Assembly: GCF_025526975.1 (NCBI RefSeq)
Contig: NW_026515687.1
Coordinates: forward strand, 186,001-250,000
From: Fimicolochytrium jonesii
Lineage: Eukaryota
DNA: 64,000 bases
Reading direction: 5' to 3'
Shown here: positions 58,986-64,000 of the stretch, one piece after another
How positions within the stretch are numbered: the stretch's first letter is position 1
How the letters are laid out: every line of letters begins with the position of its first letter
The notes under the pieces: model-generated
Told to the model about the DNA's origin: nothing
Seen by the model: the letters and a program-made list of their open reading frames with translations, nothing else
The model's database searches: none
Program-made: the position numbers and the translations under genes

Positions 58986-61840
58986 GCTACACGACAACAC
59001 CACCATCAAGAGTCAGATTACCTCCGGCACCCTCGAGGCGCCATTAGCAGGTCCTGATGAGTTTGTGGAGGGAGGGGAGCTCACAACAGAGGATTCTTCA
59101 GCGCTAGACAGCCGGCGGCCCTCGGCGTCACGGCGACGCGACAGGCATGGTGCTGAGCTGGCGGCTTTCCAGAAGGATCGATTTCCTCCTCCAACAAAGG
59201 ACAATCGGTATCCGGATTTCTTGGAGCAGTTGTTAGATGAGTTTGAAGCTGCACAGCAGAATGTGGGCAGGGGGATAAAGGTGCAGTTTTCGAGAGAAAG
59301 TGTGAAGGAGGCGCGAGTCAAGATTGCTGGCTGCGTTCCAGCCTCAAAGGTACGGAATCAGTGCAGCTTGAGGAATACCCAGACGGAAGCACTCACCTAT
59401 CACACTCTCATTTTCTCAGGGATGGCGAATATGGTTGAAAGAGCCATTGTTCAATCGGTTCCGGGACATCAAGCAATCCTGTACCCCACCAGACACCACG
59501 CATTCAGAATTTGTCGAGCTCCTGCTTGATTTGCACGACGCCTATGAAGCAAAGAACTGGCACAAGATCCACCATACGCTGAGTGAAACTGCAGACGGTT
59601 CACGAGGAATGCCTGAGAGTCTGGTGGAGGCGATGATGGCGAAATCCTCGAGGGAGAGCCTGTCGATGAACAATCCTTTGGCCCACATGGGAGGCAGGCC
59701 GATACATCCACATTCACATCCACATCCACATTCATATACCCAACAGCCGTTGATGGGCAGTTTCGACCCGAACGTTGTTCCGTCAGCTGGTCTGGCCTTC
59801 ATGCACCCGAACGGATCGGCCGCGATGCATCCCATGAATGGAATGCCTCCCATCAACACGTTCCCGGCACTCTCCGCAGATTGGCTGGCAGGAAGCCCAC
59901 CTGCCGTAATGTCGATGCCGATGGGTCAGCTGGTGATGGACCCGAACCTCGCAGTGGGCGTTATGCCATCCCATCACTCGATAGACGGGCAGTCACCACT
60001 TTTTGACGAACTGGGGTTGGCGCCTCTGCAGGGAACACGGGGCGAGGTCAGGCGATCGTCGTCAACCCCAGGGCACTCGAGACAGAGGGGGATACCGCGG
60101 ACACCTCAACTCACGGAGACGCTCACGCGGACCAAGAGCATCCCGAACAAAAAGACTCGAGATGGCTCAGGAGGAAGCGCCCAGCGCCGGCCCTCGCAGC
60201 GATCAGTGAGCGGCTCACTAAGTCGGGAGGAGGTCTCTGCATTGACGGCGAGTTTCATAGGACATCGGCGAACGGGAAGTACGCTCAGTACAAGCTCCAT
60301 CCTGTCCCGATCGTCCACGAGTGCCGCCAGCGGTGTGTTTTATCAAGGCGACTCGCCCGTCATGCAGGGTATACCCCCGGACATAGCGCACTGGCCCGAG
60401 TCGGATATGGTCATGCAAGGTTTTGAGGGGATCACGTTGGGCGAAGCGGCGGCCGCCAACGCGTTTTTGGAACATCAGCAGCAACAGCATTTGGGTCTCG
60501 CCAACGGTGGCGGTGCGTTCCCGCAGTCGCCAGCAGGTTTGGTGAACTACTCACCGTCGCATTCGAGTTTGGACCGGAACGCGGCGTCCCCGCTCGCCAT
60601 GCGGTTGGAAGGGAAGTCTGGTATGATGCAGGGCAACCCGTCCAATATCCAGGGTGGAGCGATGCAGTCCGAGATGATGATGATGGACTCGAACTCGATG
60701 CCGCTCGAGGCGCCAAGCCAGATCCTAGGATCGAATATGTCGGGCAGCCACAGGGTCGAGAGCATGTACAACGCGATGATGAGTTCGCTGGAGCAGCAGC
60801 AGATGCTGGACATGCAGCGGCAACAGCAACAGCAACAACAACAACAACAGAGCATGGTCGGGTCCCACGGGTACGATCCCAGCTACGGGACCTACGACCA
60901 GCAGCAACCGTCCCCGAGTTACATGCAGCAGCAGGTCGGCCACTCCCCCGTCGCGATGAACATGCCCATGCAGCAGTCGATGTCGATAAGTCAACAGCTC
61001 AAACAGCTGCACGCAACGCAGCAGCAACAAGGACGGCTCGATCTGAATTCTCCTACCCGACACCCGAACCCGATGCACCTGCATCAGTCCTCCCAGTCGC
61101 CGCAGATGCAGAACTTTGCGATGCAACCGAGCCCCGGGACCCTGACATTCGAGCAACACGTACAGCAAAGCATGGCCGGCGGGTCGATGTTGGCGCAGGC
61201 GGCGATGATGCAGCAGCAGCAGCAGCAGGCGAACCAGATACGCGGGCACTCTGAGGGTGTGCTCAATGGGAACGCGTACAACGCGCTTGCCGAGTCGGTG
61301 AGCGAGCGGAACGGGCAAACGATGCAGTTACCTAACACCTCTGAAGCGCTGTTGACGGATGACCCGATGATACAGCAGCTTACGTCGCTTGGGTCGCCTT
61401 ATGCTCAATCGCCGATATCTGCCCAATTGCATCAACAACCAACACAACCGCAATCCCAACCCCATCAACAACCACCGCAGCCCCAACAACAACAAACGCA
61501 ATCCCAACCAACCTCATCAACAGAACAAAAACGCCTCTCGGGCTCCGGCAAAAAACGCCTCTCCAAAATAATGGGCAAGCTCCCCTTCATGCGCTCCAAC
61601 AGCGGTACCTCGGCCCAATCCCTCGGGTCCTCCACCACAACAAGTCCCTCGGAATCCACGAATGGTCAACCACCCTCCTTAGCGTTCCTACCCCCGCCGG
61701 GAGCCGCGGATAACGCGAGCGGTGTGTTGGTGTTTGGAGGGGAGGCAGGGGCAGGGAGTGCCACACCGACGAACGATGCCTCGCCGGTGATGAGGGGGGA
61801 TAGAACCGCCGCTGCGGTGCATATGCGGTATGCGCCCTGA
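58825..61840 (+). CDS. Gln/Met/Ser-rich putative transcriptional regulator, 2 exons
   Basis: Intron 59350-59419 joins the two ORFs in frame (PASK|GWRIWLKEP). PolyQ tracts, NLS-like KRLSGSGKKRLSK, one small folded N-terminal region. Confidence 0.75.
58945..58986 (+). repeat. (CAA)13CAG microsatellite encoding Q14
   Basis: Direct reading. Confidence 0.95.
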
Positions 61841-62789
61841 ACTCGCCCCGCCTGCGACAAAAAACTGTCCGACGACCTCGACGTGTGTACATAAAACGAG
61901 ATAGATGATCAGCATCCCCCCACATCCCATCCATCCCGCCCCGGACTTCTCCCCACTGCAAGTTTCCTTTTTCACCGCTTTCCCCTGGTTTACCTTTTTT
62001 TTTTTAGACGGACCGGTTACTTTCTATAACCTCCTCCCCCACCTTTTTTTGTCGTTCTGCGTCCACCCCACCACCTCTTTTTCTAGATTTGTCACTTTTT
62101 TTTTGTTGTTTTGTCGCCCCTTTGTTATGGACTTGCGAAAACTGTCACGCTCTCTATGATAATGATATATCCGCGATTTTTGAAATTGCCCCCCTACGAA
62201 CAAACCGTTTCTATGAGCCCTTTTACATACTTCCGAGATTCGGGCGCTCGAGATTCCACAGCGCCGAGATTGGGGGGGGGGGGGTGTCTGAAGCTTCTTC
62301 GTTTTATATGCATGGCGGTGGGAGGAGGGGAACGCCACCCAACCCGACGTCGGGAGAAGCCAGCGAAGGCACCCTCCAACGAGGCGCAAATGTGCGGCGC
62401 GCCGTCGGGGTGTGATAAGCGGCCGGGTTGAGGCTGTGCTGTCATTTTCGTGCCGTCAAAAACATGCTGTCTTGTCAGGCACCCCCATGGGTAGGTTACG
62501 CTTATCGCACACAGGCCTCCCCTTCTGGATATGGTCTGATATAAGCGGGGGGGGGGGGGGGGCGTTTTCCGAGGTCATCCACCTCTCCGCATCTGGCATT
62601 TGTGTGTTTTGATTTGCAGCCCTTCCTCTCGTTAGAGGACCGCTCGGAAAACGGATCCCGTTTGGATTACATCCCCACGTTCAGTGCGAGTGCGAGTCGG
62701 GGCATACGAGTACAGCCCGGGAGGGTTGTGAAGACGCTTTTGAGAAAAAACGAAGTGTGCCCGTTGAACGAACGGAACGAACGAAAATC

Positions 62790-64000
62790 ATGCCCAGCGA
62801 CCACCGGCCCGCAACGGCACCGGGGCGGGGCAGCGATGACGATCTGGATATCCGGATCGACACGGAGGAGGGCGGCCGGAGCGTCGCATGTGCGTCGGTG
62901 GCAGGACAGGATTCATCGCGATTAGCGCAGCCGGCGCAATCGCAAGCGCCATTCCAATCGCAAGCGCAATTACAGCAGCAAGCGCATCTGCAGGACAGCC
63001 CGTCAGCACCACCACTCCATGCCCACGATCCGATTCTTGATCACAGCGGGTTGACGTCCTCGCCCTCGCCCTCGCGCGTCCCGGAGTCGGTGCCGTCGGA
63101 TGCACGGGGGTCGTCGGGGGGTGGTGAGACATCGGGGCCGGGACATCACCCTCAGTCTGAAACGCGTATCGATGTGCCCACATCATCCTCGTGGGTGGAT
63201 GTTCGGCCGACGCTCGGGGCAGAGGGAGAAGGGGTTGGGAAGCCGGATGACGGGGGTGGGACGCACGGGGTGGATCTCAGCGACCGGGCAGCCTCCACAG
63301 TCCCCCGGTCATCCCCACCCCACACGCCGCGAAGTTCCTCGATCCCCACAACGACGGTCATCACGATCGAGAAACCCGACCCCGCGCCGCCTACCTACAC
63401 ACCCGCGACCGAACCACCCCCGCCGCCGCCGCCGACGTACTACCCCCCCGCCCCCCGCACGCCCTGCATCCGCATCGCCACCTGCTTGTGTTTTCCGTTT
63501 TACGCCGTCGCGTACCTCCTCCCCCTCGGGCTGTGGACCGCCCTGCGGGTCCTGGTTCGCACGCTGTGGGACGCGGTGAGGGCGGTGGGGACCGCGCTCG
63601 TCTGGACCGCAAGCGGTGTGTGGACGTGGGTGCTGGCGCCGCTCGGGGCCGCGCTCGGCTGGTTCATCCGCACCTGCATCGTCGCGCCGCTCCGCGCCCT
63701 CGGACGCGCGGTGGGCACGTACGTCCTGCACCCGCTGCACACCGCCGTCGTCGCGGTCCTGAGGGGCGTCGGGTGGGCCGTGGGGAGGATATGCGCGGGG
63801 GTGGCGGCCGTGGGGGGCGTCGTCGGACGGTGCGTCGGCGCTGTGGGTGGGTGGGTTTGGACCACCGTCCTCGCCCCGCTCGGACACCTCCTCGCGCTCC
63901 TCGCGCGCGGGATCCACACCGCCGTCCTCCGCCCGGTGTGGGGCGCGGTCACGCGGGTCGCCGGGTGGATGTTCGCGGCGGTCGCGGCCGTCGGGGAGGG
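62790..64000 (+). CDS. Membrane-associated protein with Trp/Pro amphipathic repeats; runs off the window end
   Basis: Manual translation from ATG 62790 (MPSDHRPATAPG...) is open to 64000. It is absent from the ORF track because it has no stop. Repeats such as VWTWVLAPLGAALGW and WVWTTVLAPLGHLL. Confidence 0.8.
   Translation, partial: MPSDHRPATAPGRGSDDDLDIRIDTEEGGRSVACASVAGQDSSRLAQPAQSQAPFQSQAQLQQQAHLQDSPSAPPLHAHDPILDHSGLTSSPSPSRVPESVPSDARGSSGGGETSGPGHHPQSETRIDVPTSSSWVDVRPTLGAEGEGVGKPDDGGGTHGVDLSDRAASTVPRSSPPHTPRSSSIPTTTVITIEKPDPAPPTYTPATEPPPPPPPTYYPPAPRTPCIRIATCLCFPFYAVAYLLPLGLWTALRVLVRTLWDAVRAVGTALVWTASGVWTWVLAPLGAALGWFIRTCIVAPLRALGRAVGTYVLHPLHTAVVAVLRGVGWAVGRICAGVAAVGGVVGRCVGAVGGWVWTTVLAPLGHLLALLARGIHTAVLRPVWGAVTRVAGWMFAAVAAVGE

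Noticed and set aside
63309..63952. - strand ORFs near the window end
   Set aside because: Shadows of the + strand ORF starting at 62790.

Overview
Gene-dense, intron-containing eukaryotic DNA, most consistent with a zoosporic (chytrid-type) fungus. Evidence: chitin synthase, a fungal trifunctional TrpG-C-F, DCX and MYCBP proteins, and short spliceosomal introns. About 27 protein-coding genes can be modelled. I saw no rRNA, tRNA, CRISPR array or intact transposon. The standout is an operon-like tryptophan locus at about 36.9-43.1 kb: an orphan ORF, anthranilate synthase component I (TRP2) and trifunctional trpC lie head-to-tail, only 35 and 56 nt apart. Both junctions share the same geometry: the upstream TGA overlaps a near-cognate start, the spacer is open in both frames, and a second in-frame TGA overlaps the true start as ATGA. 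Two Gcn4/CpcA-type TGACTCA sites lie upstream, and chorismate synthase lies about 2.9 kb downstream. Other notable items: a tail-anchored RlmN-like radical SAM methylase, an intron-bearing actinobacteria-like secreted FN3 protein, a Q-rich protein with tandem ribbon-helix-helix-like motifs, a Trp/Pro amphipathic-repeat protein missing from the ORF track, a CpG-depleted island, and blockwise C/G codon skew. All family assignments come from motif recognition by eye, not from database searches.
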